DNA of 63,843 nt, the filler included, from Choristocarpus tenellus KU-1152 (lineage: Eukaryota > Protista > Phaeophyceae): the NCBI GenBank assembly GCA_964200185.2. It is 11 parts of 11 records of this genome, joined end to end, with 100 filler letters (N's around TTAATTAATTAA, not from the genome) between each part and the next. Parts side by side here need not be neighbours in the genome. Positions count along the whole stretch, not along the records: positions 26,477 to 30,945 come from CAXNAD020014401.1; positions 31,046 to 33,928 come from CAXNAD020023948.1; positions 34,029 to 38,608 come from CAXNAD020013923.1; 8 more parts are not named here. One strand, 5' to 3'. The translations under genes and the position numbers were made by a program. Below are positions 26,544 to 38,608 of the stretch, piece by piece. How positions within the stretch are numbered: the stretch's first letter is position 1; each line of letters opens with the position of its first letter. The notes below the pieces were generated by a model. It made no database searches. It saw only the letters and a program-made list of their open reading frames with translations, and was not told where the DNA came from.

Positions 26544-26772
26544 TAAGGCAGCACATCTCCCTGCCATGCCCATCTTAATCCACACGAGGCTGCTAAACCT
26601 ATCTCTCCCCAGCACCTACATGCAGTGTTCTTCCATCCAATTCTTTGATTGTGTGCACTTGGTTGTGAACTTTGGAACAGATCTTGAGGAAGAACTTTGT
26701 CTCCAGCAGAGTGGAGGAGTTTGCAGTGGATTTAAATGCGGATGCCCTGCACCGCCAGGTGATGAATGAAGG

Positions 26773-26935
26773 CAACATACTTACCAGTAGTAAGAAGTAT
26801 ATTTGAGATGCTTAGAAGTAGTCAAAAAGTACATTCAACATGCTTACAAGTAGTCAAGAGTACATTTGAGATGCTTAGAAGTAGTCAAAAAGTACATTCA
26901 ACATACTTACAAGTAGTCAAGAGTACATTTGAGAT
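26773..26935. repeat. 63-bp tandem repeat (~2.6 units) made of related 32- and 31-bp subunits
   Basis: CAACAT at 26773, 26836 and 26899; subunits TTTGAGATGCTTAGAAGTAGTCAAAAAGTACA and TTCAACATGCTTACAAGTAGTCAAGAGTACA. Confidence 0.9.
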
Positions 26936-27667
26936 TGTCCAAGTTATGCAAAGGCAATAAGAGAAACAGGACCCCCTTACAGATTAACTTTTTTCAAGCT
27001 GGAGTTTCTGAATCGACAAGGAATGATTGAGAACTGGGGCAACAGCAATCATTTGGTGGTAGGGAGCATATGCTTTGTGTTTGATGCTGGCAGCTGTTGG
27101 TAGTGGGTACCCACCCAGCTGTGCCAAGTCCCTCCCTCTAGGGTCTCTTCCCTTGAGAAACAGCTATGATACTTTTGAGTATTCTGTCCTCAGTGAAAAT
27201 CAGAAGGTGGTGTTGTTGACATCACGTGAAGAGATGGGATTTAGAAACCACATCTCTCCATTTCATGACATCTCAAGTACAATAGACTTTGTGACTTGAG
27301 CCCGCAAAAGATTCTCGAGGGGAGGAAGTCCTTTTTGCATCCAAAATTTCTGCAGAGTCTTTTGTTGGGTAGGATATTTACCAAGCTCTGAGACGGCAAT
27401 AAATCCACCACCTCTGCTTCTCTCTTCCACCTCTATGAAAAACTTTTGAGTATGCAGTATTCTCGATGGGAGTTTGGAGCCCCATCCCTTCTTGTTCACT
27501 ATTTTGTACACATTTGTCTTGTCTGAGGCCATAGTTTCTCAGGGAGCACGTACACAACTAGTTTTATTTCCTGGTGTGAGGCATCATCTCCGTCCGTAGT
27601 CAGCGAAATACCAAGTCAAGAAATGGGCACATGACCATGTGATCGAAACAATCATGTAGTTGTACTA

Positions 27668-27973
27668 GACACAAAGTATCTGTGGGGGGGGGGGGGGGGG
27701 GGGGGGCCCCACGCCCGAAGCCAGCAGCAACCTAAACCCCAACCCCCACAACCTATCTCGCCTCCCTTTCCCTAAAAAAAAAAAAAANNNNNNNNNNCAA
27801 CGACAGACTGAGGAGATACATCTCTCTACACCAAGGTGTTCATATGGACCATAACCAGGAAAGGTGTACTTACATTACTCATCCGATGAATGCAACCTAA
27901 TCACCCAAAAATCGCAACATGAAAAAATTGGTTCCAAAAGGATAGTCGTCATCCCCCCCAGATACTTTGATTC
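27668..27973. mobile_element. MITE family A spanning a small N gap
   Basis: GACACAAAGTATCTG-G-run...CCCCCCCAGATACTTTGATTC; sequence after the G-run looks like low-quality read-through. Confidence 0.75.
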
Positions 27974-28107
27974 ACCAGTAAGGAGCTCTTGCCGTATTTT
28001 CCAGACCTATCTGATGGTTGCAGGCATAACGTTATGAGCCTGTTTCCACTGAGATCTGTCTCGTCTCCTTCTCACCCCAACCAATCCCATATGTGACTAT
28101 GGAACAG

Positions 28108-28290
28108 GATAAATCCATGAATTCCCTCAAGGAACAACTAAATGAACTTGAGATAGGTAACTCCATCCAACTCAGTCCCTCTTCGGAAAGCAATACCAGA
28201 GCCCCTTCACCTAGCCAGAGTGATGCGGCGGCAGAGGAAGGCGCCACAAAGAGCACCCCCCGCAAGAGATTGAAGGAACAAAAGCATCAG
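28108..28290 (+). CDS. Probable internal exon of an unidentified gene (coiled-coil plus S/P-rich)
   Basis: CAG|GAT...CAG|GTATGA; 183 nt open in phase 0: DKSMNSLKEQLNELEIG...PRKRLKEQKHQ. Confidence 0.45.
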
Positions 28291-28627
28291 GTATGAGAGT
28301 TATGACACATTAGCAGTACTTGAGATGCTTGCTACTCTCCCAAGTTTAAGGGGTTTCCGTCCCACTTGACTTAGTCAACCTTTTTGTGCACCAAGGGTCT
28401 GTTTGCAGATGATGTGTCATGAACAGATTAGTACCACTATTTTTCTGCTGAGAATGATTAAGAAGATTGACAGAGTAGAGGACATACATATATATTGCTG
28501 ATACCATGCATTTGCCCTGCCACATCCCCGACCTGCTCAATCCTCTTGTTACTGCTGCTTCTATTTTCACTAGAGCATCCTACTAGAGATCTAATAAGTC
28601 GTTGAAAGGACAATATCGCCATAATCA

Positions 28628-28888
28628 GAGTCAAAGTATCTTAGAGGGTAGAGCCGCATCCGTTTGGGGTCCAAAATCCAATGTTGTGATTTTGATGTAA
28701 TTTTGGCTATCGTGTTTGCTAGGAAGTGTCAATATCCTTGTTCCGGACACACCTTTTCATAGTGTATACATTTTACCTACTCCAAAACATTTCGCAGTAG
28801 GCGAAATGTCATTTCAAAAAAATGTGTGAAGCCAAGCCCCAAACGGATAAACAGGGCAAAACTCGTACCCTCTAAGATACTTTCACTC
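28628..28888. mobile_element. MITE family B, full copy
   Basis: GAGTCAAAGTATCTTAGAGGGTA...TACCCTCTAAGATACTTTCACTC. Confidence 0.9.
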
Positions 28889-29425
28889 TCCAGCAATTTT
28901 TTAGAAACCAAATGGGTTACACAATCAGGCAGCACAGAGGTCGACCTCACAGACTGATTTGCTCTTGCATTAAAAAATGCCTCAAGTTGTGCATGGTCAA
29001 TAAAATACAGCACGGAGGTTGCTCAGAAGGAGCTCATACTCTTTTAATACATTCTTTGTGGACATAGTAGTGAACCAATTATCTGATGCTTTCTAATTTT
29101 AGTGTCCTCAAGTAGTTTTAAGAGCTCAGCATAATTTTCTGTTTGGAGAGTGTCCGAAGGGAGATGGGGTGGGTATTAGAGAAGATGATAATGGTTAATG
29201 TGACTGGGTTCTGTGCTCAATAGTACCACACAACCTTAAGGCTCCATTTGTTGGCAGGTGTCATAATTGCAGAACCCTACCCACAGTGCTAGGAGACTGG
29301 AGCTCTTGTTGCTGTCAATATTCAGACTCCTGCCTTACCCACATACAGTTTAACACCACCCATGGCCCCAAACCTCCAGGCTTGCCACTAAAGGGATAGA
29401 TATAACAGACCAAGTTCTGTCCCTA

Positions 29426-29684
29426 AAGCCAAAAGTATCTTAGAGGGTACAGCCGCGTCCATTTGGGGGCCAAAATCCAATGTTGCAATTTTGATGTAAT
29501 TTTGACTGCCATGTTGTTAGGAGATGTCAATATCCTTGTCTGGACACTCCTTTTCATAATGTATACATTTTACCTACTCCGAAACATTTTGGAGTAGGTA
29601 AAATGTCAATAAAAAACCATGGGAAGCCAATCCCCACATGGACAAACAGGAAAAAATTCGTACCCTCTTAAGATACTTTCACTC
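29426..29684. mobile_element. MITE family B, full copy
   Basis: AAAGTATCTTAGAGGGTA...TACCCTCTTAAGATACTTTCACTC; perfect internal 16-bp inverted repeat at 29565-29606. Confidence 0.9.
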
Positions 29685-30493
29685 TTTTTTTTTTCCAGTC
29701 ACAGGTTACGCTCAAGTCAACGTAGAGCTCTAATGTCAGCGCACACACAACCGATGCACTCCACAAGTGAAGTCTTTACAAATGATTGTATTTGGCCCCA
29801 ACATGCATGTTGTAGTAGTAGTAGTAGTGCTGATTCTTAGAAGTTGGCAAATAACTCACTACTACTGTGCACAGAATACTGGACACTAAAAACAAACAGA
29901 ATAGGAACATGTGATCTCAGTTGTGCAACAAACCAAACTGAAGCTGTCCTCACTACGTTTAAATTGGGTTCGGTAAGTAGTCACTCCCCAGAAACCAGCA
30001 GAGCTTACACGTACAGTCCATGCAGTCGCTGACTGACAGGGTTTGATCACTTTCATATGGGGGTCACGCACCCATCATACTTGTGGCGAATCACTTCAGC
30101 ACGGCTACAGGGCTGCCTTCCAGGCAATCCTCCCCCTGCCTTCTTCCCTCTCCACAACACCCCACAAGGAGCATTCTCCACGACTACTACAATAGGTCAA
30201 TATCTCAACAGCAGCTATTCCTTCCACCACACAAACCTTAGCCAATAAAGTAGGGTTGTTGAACCACTTGGGTTGCTCTCTCTCTCTCTCTCTCTCATAC
30301 ACATTAGACAGCATGGTAAAACCATGGTCTCTTAACCTTCAGCAACATGCAGTGCATGGCAGTAGACCTGTTCTAGCAAGCAGCCTAGCAAACACTGCAT
30401 GCAACTGATAAAGAAAATACGCTCTCAACTCTTCCCAATAAAAAAGTGTCTCTATTCACAACACCTCAAGGTATTGCTCAAACTGTTTGGTGC

Positions 30494-30664
30494 TCAGATT
30501 CCTCCACTGAGAGCAAGACCCATACCCACTGCAGCACCAATGACAGTGTTCACAAAATTGATGACCTCGTTCGTCAGCCACGGCTGTTTCCCCTGAGTCA
30601 TAGCGCCCAGAACACTCTCGATGTTGGTTGCCACAAAGGCTGCCAGCAGGCAATATGGGATGGT
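30494..30664 (-). CDS. Last exon of a DUF92/TMEM19-family membrane protein (VTE6, phytyl-phosphate kinase-like)
   Basis: After a CAG acceptor: TIPYCLLAAFVATNIESVLGAMTQGKQPWLTNEVINFVNTVIGAAVGMGLALSGGI*, the typical DUF92 C-terminal motif (ES.LGA..Q...WL.N..VN..NT). Confidence 0.8.
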   Translation of the reverse strand, partial: TIPYCLLAAFVATNIESVLGAMTQGKQPWLTNEVINFVNTVIGAAVGMGLALSGGI

Positions 30665-30819
30665 CTGGTGGGCAGGAAGACAAGAACGTAGAGAGGGGGA
30701 GGAGGGGGGGGGGAGGAGGGCAGGGTGACACAGTGGCACAAACAGTCAGAGGGGTAACACGATGGGTCATATGGGAGGTGAGATGGTTATGCACCCCTAA
30801 AAGGCTGGGCCTTACCAGG

Positions 30820-30869
<50 letters not shown>

Positions 30870-31382
30870 ACACACCACAACAAACCCACACAACGGACAC
30901 AAAAAAAAGACACGCCACCAGGAAGACATACATGGCGGATGCATANNNNNNNNNNNNNNNNNNNNNNNNNNNNNNNNNNNNNNNNNNNNTTAATTAATTA
31001 ANNNNNNNNNNNNNNNNNNNNNNNNNNNNNNNNNNNNNNNNNNNNCCCCCCCCAGATACTTTGACTCAGAATTTAGATTAGAAGCGTAAAAAATGAAGAA
31101 AGTACAGATATTTGGTGTATTCTGCTCATGGTAGACACACAAAAAAATGTATCCCTGCATGTTGCTGTGTGGGACTGGCAATCCAGACCTTGATATTCAT
31201 TGATACTCTTGTAAGCTCGCTCTCTTCATCCTCCCCAGTCGTCTTCAGATTCAATTTATTTGGGCAAAATTGGCAACTTTACCAAAGGCTAGCAACTCAG
31301 CATTTGCCTTATCTTGCCAACTTTATTTTCGAGCGTGCTCTTCCCCATGATCCAGCTTTTCTCAGAGCCCTCAAAACCTCAA

Positions 31383-31480
31383 GACTCAAAGTATCTGGGC
31401 GGGGGGGGGGGGGGGNNNNNNNNNNTCCCCCCCCCCCCTCTGCTCTTCTTCTTTTTCTCCCCACCACAACAACAAAGGTA

Positions 31481-31512
<32 letters not shown>

Positions 31513-31662
31513 GGCTGTCCAGTCAGGGCCTATTTTTCCATGTCGCGATTTCTGGGTGAATTTGGTTGCATGTGTTGGATGGATAATACAAGTGCACTTC
31601 TCCTGATTAGGGCCGAAATGGACACCCTGGTGTAGACCCCCCCACCCACCCCAGACTCTTTT
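31383..31662. mobile_element. MITE family A copy (further end fragments at 31046-31067 and 38709-38728)
   Basis: GACTCAAAGTATCTGGG...GGACACCCTGGTGTAGACCCCCC. Confidence 0.8.
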
Positions 31663-32223
31663 AACACAATTGTGATACCCTGTGACCACTTCTATCTCAA
31701 AAACCGCTTTAAACCGTAAATATGAGACCATGGCTTGCCGCGCACAGTTCTCAGGTAACACATGGAATAATCCGTTGCTTTATGGACGTCACCAGGTCGA
31801 GTTTCTCCAAACCCGATAGGTCGATCCCCCAAACTGGCCTCTCAACTCCTAGGATCCACTGTTCAACTCCTAATTATTCGTTCCTCCCACAATACTATAT
31901 ACAGTAATACTCTATATACCTCTGCGATCCGTATTAATGTGAAACAGATGGAAACAGGCAGACAGGTTCTTCAAGCTGGAGGGGAGCGGGAGGACCCATT
32001 AGGAGGAAGGGAATGGTGAGAGACAAGGCAGGAGGGTAATCCCTCAGAAGGTCACTCAGGAAAGAGTGAACAGGCAAAATGTGAATGAGGGGGATTTGCA
32101 AGGTTCAAATCACCCGATATTTACTTCAAGAAGTAAATGCGGATTTCATATATGAAGCAAAATACCTTGAACATCTTCTCAAGGAAGGTCACTTTGACCT
32201 TAGTAGGAAGATGTCTATCATAT

Positions 32224-33790
32224 AGTGGTAGGTACCAATAGCTTATGTGTCTGGGGTTGTCTCGTCATAGCTTTTGATATACACATAGGATTTGAAAAAA
32301 AAACATACTCGTTATGCCCGTCACAATGCCCTCCAGAGTACGGGCTTAGTTTCGTTTTTCACCATTTTTTTATTTTTTTGAAGAAAGACCGGTCCTGTTG
32401 GGGTTCGAACCCCGGAATATAGGTCACCAAGAGTGGCAACGGATACACTATTACTCGATTAAAGTATAGGGTTTAGCCGGGAAAAAAGCCTCCCCACCCT
32501 TTCTTCCTGTGTGTGTTCACGCACCCACTCTTTGACCTCGGCAAGGATGTCCTCGTCGCTGCCCAGAACGAAACTCCTCTTGCCTCGCCCTTGCTCCGAG
32601 ACCTTGATGTGGCCCTTTGTTAGGAAGTCTCTCTCCCATTTACTCACAATTTCCGACCTGACCATCGCATATCCTGCTGCCATCTTGAGCGCTGTTTGAT
32701 GGTCTTTCCCATCGTTCATACACAGGTACAGGATTTGCAGAGTTAGAGCCTTTACTATCACATTTCCTCATTGAGCGTCGGAAATGGGTTATCTTCTTTC
32801 AGGCTTCAGAGCCCTTGTAGCCCAATCCTAACACCTTCTTCTCGTTTCCTAAGCCACTCTGGCTCACATAGCTTCCAAACAGCTAGGACCTGCGGCCAAT
32901 GTCGACTACTAAGATATTCTACACCCGGGTTTTCGCTTAGGCGTTTCCTGAGCGCAATGGCACGCAGTCGCACTGCCCTCCTCCCCAACCTTTCCTTCGG
33001 TCGGCCACTCTGGTTCTCCCTTTGCCCGCCCTGAACAGGCTTCCCCACGGACTTCGTCACTGTACCACACCTGGTGATGGACTCACTGCTCTCTTTCTAC
33101 TTTCCCGGGGCGACAGAGACTGCAGAGCAGTGCTCTGACGTGGTTGAAGATCCAACCACTTTGTGTGGTAATGCTTTCCATGCATCTTCTCTCAGCGTCA
33201 GTGCCATGGACGAATGGTCTATTGCGCGATTTGATCATGCTGCTACACCACAGTACATGCACTTTCTCGTTGCCTAACATCGCACCGAATGTCACACAGT
33301 ACTTGCTTTTTGGTCACCTCTCGACAGAGAAGGTGCTGAGGGTAGATCCAGGGGGCAGAGTGACCTTGGTGGCTCTCCTTTTCTCAACATTGTTGTCCAT
33401 ATTGTTGTGTGGGTCGCCTTTGTCTGTGTTCACAGAAAGTCTGCAAAAGGCGTTAAGAAGATGTTTGAGAATCTTGCTTTTTTTTGTTCGGTACAGTCAC
33501 ACGCACCGTACATTTACAGGGGCCTATGCCGAACCAGTTTTTTGCAGGATTTTCCGCCCACCACTTCATTATTGTATCTTTGGAGGTTGTGACCATCAAA
33601 ATTGCGCCGAAATTATTCTTTGATCAGGTATATAGTTCCCGTTCGCTGGAGTTAGTACATTCCTGCATACAAATCTTCAACTCCTCTTGGTATAAGCGTT
33701 CATTTGTTATTTATACTATTCCATACCTCTCATGGGAAGACAATGAAAAAAAGCAAGATTGCCACAGACCGCGAAGCTATTGGTATCACT
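32224..33790 (-). mobile_element. Internally deleted TIR DNA transposon carrying the N-terminal part of an IS630/Tc1/mariner-like transposase
   Basis: Imperfect TIRs AGTGGTAGGTACCAATAGCTT and AAGCTATTGGTATCACT, near TA. Minus ORF 32459-32761 has KWERDFLTKGHIKVSEQGRGKRSFVLGSDEDILAEVKEWVREH. 33060-33790 is repeated at 59130-59912. Confidence 0.6.
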
Positions 33791-34050
33791 TATTCATCAA
33801 TATTAAATATCCGTGAATGAAAAGAGAACTAGAAATATGGTTCTTTCTAACATACTGTTTTGTTTTGCTCACGAATTCTGGATTATTATTATTATTTTGC
33901 ACATTCCTATTTTCTTATTCCTCAATCCNNNNNNNNNNNNNNNNNNNNNNNNNNNNNNNNNNNNNNNNNNNNTTAATTAATTAANNNNNNNNNNNNNNNN
34001 NNNNNNNNNNNNNNNNNNNNNNNNNNNNATGTTGTTCACGCCCCAAAAAG

Positions 34051-34124
34051 TGCTTCGAATGTGAGTCGAATACATGGCCTTACGAGCTTCAGTCGTACGC
34101 TCTAACCAACTGAGCTACCAAAGC
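34051..34124 (-). tRNA. tRNA-Phe(GAA), copy 1, probably a pseudogene
   Basis: Identical to copy 2 except C5>T and G53>A; the latter breaks the G53-C61 pair and the B-box. Confidence 0.75.
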
Positions 34125-34377
34125 CTACGTTAATAAAGTAACCTCCATAGTCTATATCCACAAACATCAGACAACTCGAAATTTTAGGGAGTGGTCGCAT
34201 ACGACACATGTGTAAAATATTGGAGAGGGAATAATGTAAATACGACAGTCAATTGTACGGTCGAACACGTCTGGCATGGATGGGATTCGAACCAACGAAA
34301 ATGGAGTTACCTCTCTCGACTTAACTAACACGTACGCTACAAAGACTAAATTACTCCATGTTGTTCACACCCAAAAA

Positions 34378-34451
34378 TGCTTCGAATGTGAGTCGAACAC
34401 ATGGCCTTACGAGCTTCAGTCGTACGCTCTAACCAACTGAGCTACCGAAGC
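34378..34451 (-). tRNA. tRNA-Phe(GAA), copy 2
   Basis: GCTTCGG TA GCTC AGTTGGTTA GAGC G TACGA CTGAAGC TCGTA AGGCC ATGTG TTCGACT CACAT TCGAAGC A: complete cloverleaf followed by a T5 Pol III terminator. Confidence 0.92.
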
Positions 34452-35099
34452 CTATCTTGATATTTGTTGGAGCATATGTAATATATAGATATGTTGAGTA
34501 GGTTATTTTCTCAAGTGAAATATCAACAATTACAACACTTCTTTTTTTTGCGCGAGAATGGTATTATATGGTCGTTTTACGATTTTTTTATTAACGAATT
34601 TTGTTATTGTTGACATTGGTCTAAATGTATGTGGGCAGTTAGTTTTAAATGCTGTGCGTCACCTATCGTTTTGCATGCAGTATCTCATAAAATATCATTA
34701 TTCATCACCAACAGAAAGTTAACCAAGAAGAACGAATGTCACAACTGTGTTTTTCCCTTGAAAATTTCTGTGCTTAACAATCCAGGCACCTCATTGTTCT
34801 CCTCGACTAAAGCAAATAGGCCAACCACGTGAGGGAGTGTGTGCACCTTCTTTCACTTCTCTCAACTCACTCATTGCCGTTATATTTATAACCCACATAA
34901 TCCTCCCCCCGAGCCCTCATGAATTCTTCCTCTCCACGTGCAGCAGTCTCTCGAGCTTGCAACTCAACGAAACCAGCGACTACCCCCTCGATTCTCTCCC
35001 CAGTTCTCAGTGCAACCAATCGTAGGATAATCAATCTGCAATGCAATATGTCCTGCTGACACCTTGGGGTGGAGGTGCAACCTCTGTGGGAAGGGAGGC

Positions 35100-35950
35100 T
35101 AGAATTACATTGTTTCTTCAGAAGAATGGCTGGCCTTAGTCAGTCCAAATTGCAACATGACTTCAATGAGGAGACCGCAAGAATTGATTGCGTAAGGTAC
35201 AAACGTGTGGAGCGAAAATACTGCTAGAAAGAGTGGTTGGATAAACCTCTACTGCTGCCATAGCACTACCTCGCACATGGTCTACACAATCCCTCCTCTG
35301 AACTCCTATCACCACCTTACTCTGGGGTGAGCCTAGCAACTCACGTTGAACAGCACAGCGATCTCCATCCACACCTAAAAATACTTTCAAATATAGAAAA
35401 AAAGGTTCTACAACAATGGAACACAGGTAGCGTGTGCTATATCAAATCTCCCATAAGGTAGTGTCAAGCAAGCGTTCGTTTTGTCAAAGAGGGCAGGGAA
35501 GGGAAGGACGATAGCACAAGCCCGAAAATTGAGCTAGTCTTAGGCCGTTCTTTTTAAGCAAGGACACATTATCGCTGTCCGCATCTCCTTTCCTCAATAG
35601 GAATAACTAGGCAGGATGTACATCACCATCCAAGGGACTGGTCAATGTCAGCCCCCCCATGCACAGAAGTCAGTGTCAAACCCACTCTTGATACGGATGT
35701 CACTCTTCCCTGCTTCGCTAAACATGTTGCACCCTCCAGTCCGGCACATTTCCAGAGACCAAGCCCAAACTGCACATCATTACGTCAAATTGACTATCAG
35801 GCGTCTCATCCCCTCCCCCAAGAGCTGCCCTTAAGCAAGGTGTGGAAATGCAAAAGCCCTTAGGAACAACTATCGCTGATCTTTTGAAGACTGACCTTCT
35901 GTCCACCGAAATCAAATGCCGTGAGAAAGCAGTTCAACCTGCATCATCGC
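35100..35950 (-). mobile_element. Degenerate LINE RT remnant
   Basis: Weak motifs in order: AIVVPKG, D..LWEI, GVQRRDCV...IF. Confidence 0.3.
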
Positions 35951-36899
35951 GGTTGTAAGTATAATCCTGTCCTAAACAAGTTCGTATCTCAACAGAAAAA
36001 GTATTCCCCAGCTCATCCCAACCCAAGATAGGCCTCAATCTATGCTGACTAAAACCCAGACTCCACCCGATCAAAACTCAATTCAAATCTGCCTACATGG
36101 TCTAACACCAAATCCAGCCTCAGTCCTCTCCCAATTTTCTTCCAATGACTGATGATAGCAAGAAAATTTCACAGACAGATACGACCCACAACATTGCTGT
36201 ATCAAGTACATGTTCTCCCAGCCCACGAGACGAAACGATAAGAGAAAGCTTCCTGGGCATCCACAATAAATTTGACAGTCAGGCTCATATCAGGGAAGTA
36301 AGTATTGATCGTGATAATTGGAGATCGAGCGCGGTGTTAGAGTTAGTAAATAGGGATAGATACGTCCGTTGGTAGTTGGGTTTAGTAGTCAGTCGTAGCT
36401 TGTGCCATCTCGGTCGCAAAAAATGAAATTCCTCCTTCACATTCGTAGGAAAACTAACATATCTGTAGGTATCATAGGATGGTAATCCCACTCTGCACCC
36501 GCAGTTTAAAACGATCTGTGATGTGCCTTGACAGAAGAGAGTACGTGGCTTTGTGTGAATATATAGCATTATTGTTACAAGGGTCTTGCGATCTCGAATC
36601 CGTTGACTGAATTCTTGGCGCTCACAACTTGAATATCTTCGAAGACTGACTCTTCATACCGCTATGTATGATACTACTCTGTATTGTACCGAACTAAAGA
36701 TAAACGTACATGAAACTGGGTCACCTGTAGACGTTGCCTAGATAGTTCTTCCTCGCCATTCGTACACTCACATTCCCAATCTGTTTTTCGTGTGTCACGC
36801 TGTTCTTCTATTCCACAGGTTCCGCTGGGAATCAGTGATTCGGAGAGGTTCCTGCCCAGGGTCAGACTTTGCGAGAACTCTTGCAGCAGTCGTGATGGC

Positions 36900-37325
36900 T
36901 CAACGTGTTTACGCATCGTATTCACGTGTGGAAAGCATGTTTGTCTGTTATACCGTTATTGCCGTATGCCATACACCGTTGTACCGATTGAGGTTCCTTG
37001 TCAAGCATCCATGATTCCACTAGCGGACCTTCCGTCAGAATGAAACCATGGAATCTCTCCACGAGACCAATCCCACAGACTTGGGACAGTTCGTCATTCA
37101 GAGTTGTCACACATGGAAGATCCACTTTGTTCTCATGTCTTGACTTGTAGTCATGAGGCCCTTCTTTGAAGATATTCATGACTCCTCAATTTATACTTGT
37201 CCAACCTTAACCTTGTACCCTCGGTTACGGCTTGTCTTGGTTCGTCTGGTCCGTCTTGCCCGGTGATTCTCTTCACCACCCTTGCCTAAGTGAACCACGC
37301 CGCCACAGAATCACATGATTCACAT
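36900..37325 (+). mobile_element. RTE-like LINE fragment (same family as 13500-15190)
   Basis: Nucleotide matches to 14575-14650, 14820-14920 and 43858-43965. Confidence 0.55.
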
Positions 37326-37329
37326 TGGT

Positions 37330-38608
37330 GACACCGGTGACCTCAGAAATAGGGTGACCACGAACAAAAGATGCCGAAATCAAGATCGAGGTGAAAACGT
37401 CGTGCACAGGAGCGCATAACTCCAAATTTGGGACCATGCAGAACACCAAAAGAGGAGGTCCAAGATCGTCAGGCTCATCCAGACCCGTGTCGTCAACCCT
37501 TGAGCATCGTGTTAGCTCGGGCAACCATGACACTCGTCGGGTCCTGTTTCAGGAAGAACCAGTCCTGCCTCCAAGTTCTACTACTTGTGAGGTGGCCATT
37601 TCGCAGGCCAAGTTCGGTGATGCTGTACCAGCGTTCATCGCGCACCACATCAAAGAGTGCCCAAGAACTAACACCGTGCCTCCTGAATGGCTTCAGGACC
37701 TGATGAAACTCAAAGTTCGGGGAATGGGCACCGATCATGAAAGATCCGTTGAACAGAGTAGCGATGTCGCACACCCACAACCACTGTCAGAAGGGAGTTG
37801 TTTCAGGTTTTCCACTTCGGAAATACCATCGGGTCTGACAATTACAGGTTCTGGGGAAGAATATTTGCCACTCCTGTTCTCTAAATGGCATGTGGCAATT
37901 TCCTTGCGTTCTAGTCAGTATGGTCTAGCATCCCCTGAAACAGTTGGTGCTCGGTGGGTAGAATTTTTTTCAAAGAATTCTTCGTCCATGTTGGTGCCAG
38001 TGAGAGTGGTGCTGGAGGTTTTTTAGCACAACCTCGATCCGATAATCCTGCAGACCTAGGTATCATTGCATACTTCAGCAAGAAATTTAATGAAGCTCAA
38101 AGTCACTATTCAGCTACATTAAGAGAGTGTTATGCAGTCGTCACAACTATCACTCATTGGCGACCGTATCTTTGGGGTAGACCTTTACCTGCATCACCGA
38201 TCATGCCGCATTGTGTTACTTGTATAGAATGCAGGATACCAGTAACATGCTTACTCTTTGGGCTATTGCGGTCCGAGCTTATGATTTCACTGTCAAACAC
38301 AAGCCCGTTAAGTTCAATATTATACCTGATACTCTATCTCGTATTTTCAAGTTTGAGGAACAGGAGAAATCCGTTGCTCCAATGCTGGCACCAATCTGTC
38401 GTAATGTGCATGAAGGTAGTCGTGCACTTACCACACGTGTTCAAAAGGAATATTAGTTATCTGCTTCTAACCTTGACCGAGCAACGCCCGTCCAAAGTGA
38501 TTGTGAACTATTTAGTAGTTTCACTACTGTGTTTCCTGCAGTGGACCTGGAGCAATTGTGCAAGGAGCAGGAATCCGAGTTCGGACCATATTTCAGGTAT
38601 TTGCAGTC
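37330..38608 (+). mobile_element. Ty3/Gypsy pol remnant (RT connection plus RNase H)
   Basis: VHVGASESGAGGFLAQ...IAYFSKKFNEAQSHYSATLRECYAVV..ITHWRPYLWGRP / TDHAAL.YLY..WAI.VRAYDFTVKHKP..NIIPDTLSR; frameshifted. Confidence 0.85.

Noticed and set aside
30628-30993. Poly-Pro/poly-Gly ORFs here and at 31309-31761 and 52965-53180
   Set aside because: They derive from long C/G homopolymers and low-quality sequence beside gaps.
32395-32460. GGGGTTCGAACCCC B-box as a tRNA or SINE head
   Set aside because: No cloverleaf, no clear A-box and no second copy in the window.
34400-34430. Plus-strand stem-loop with CTTCAGT read as a UCA (Sec or opal suppressor) anticodon
   Set aside because: The D-arm, T-arm and terminator only fit the minus strand, where the anticodon is GAA.
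36148-36170. CTGATGA...GAAA hammerhead ribozyme core
   Set aside because: No credible stems I-III.
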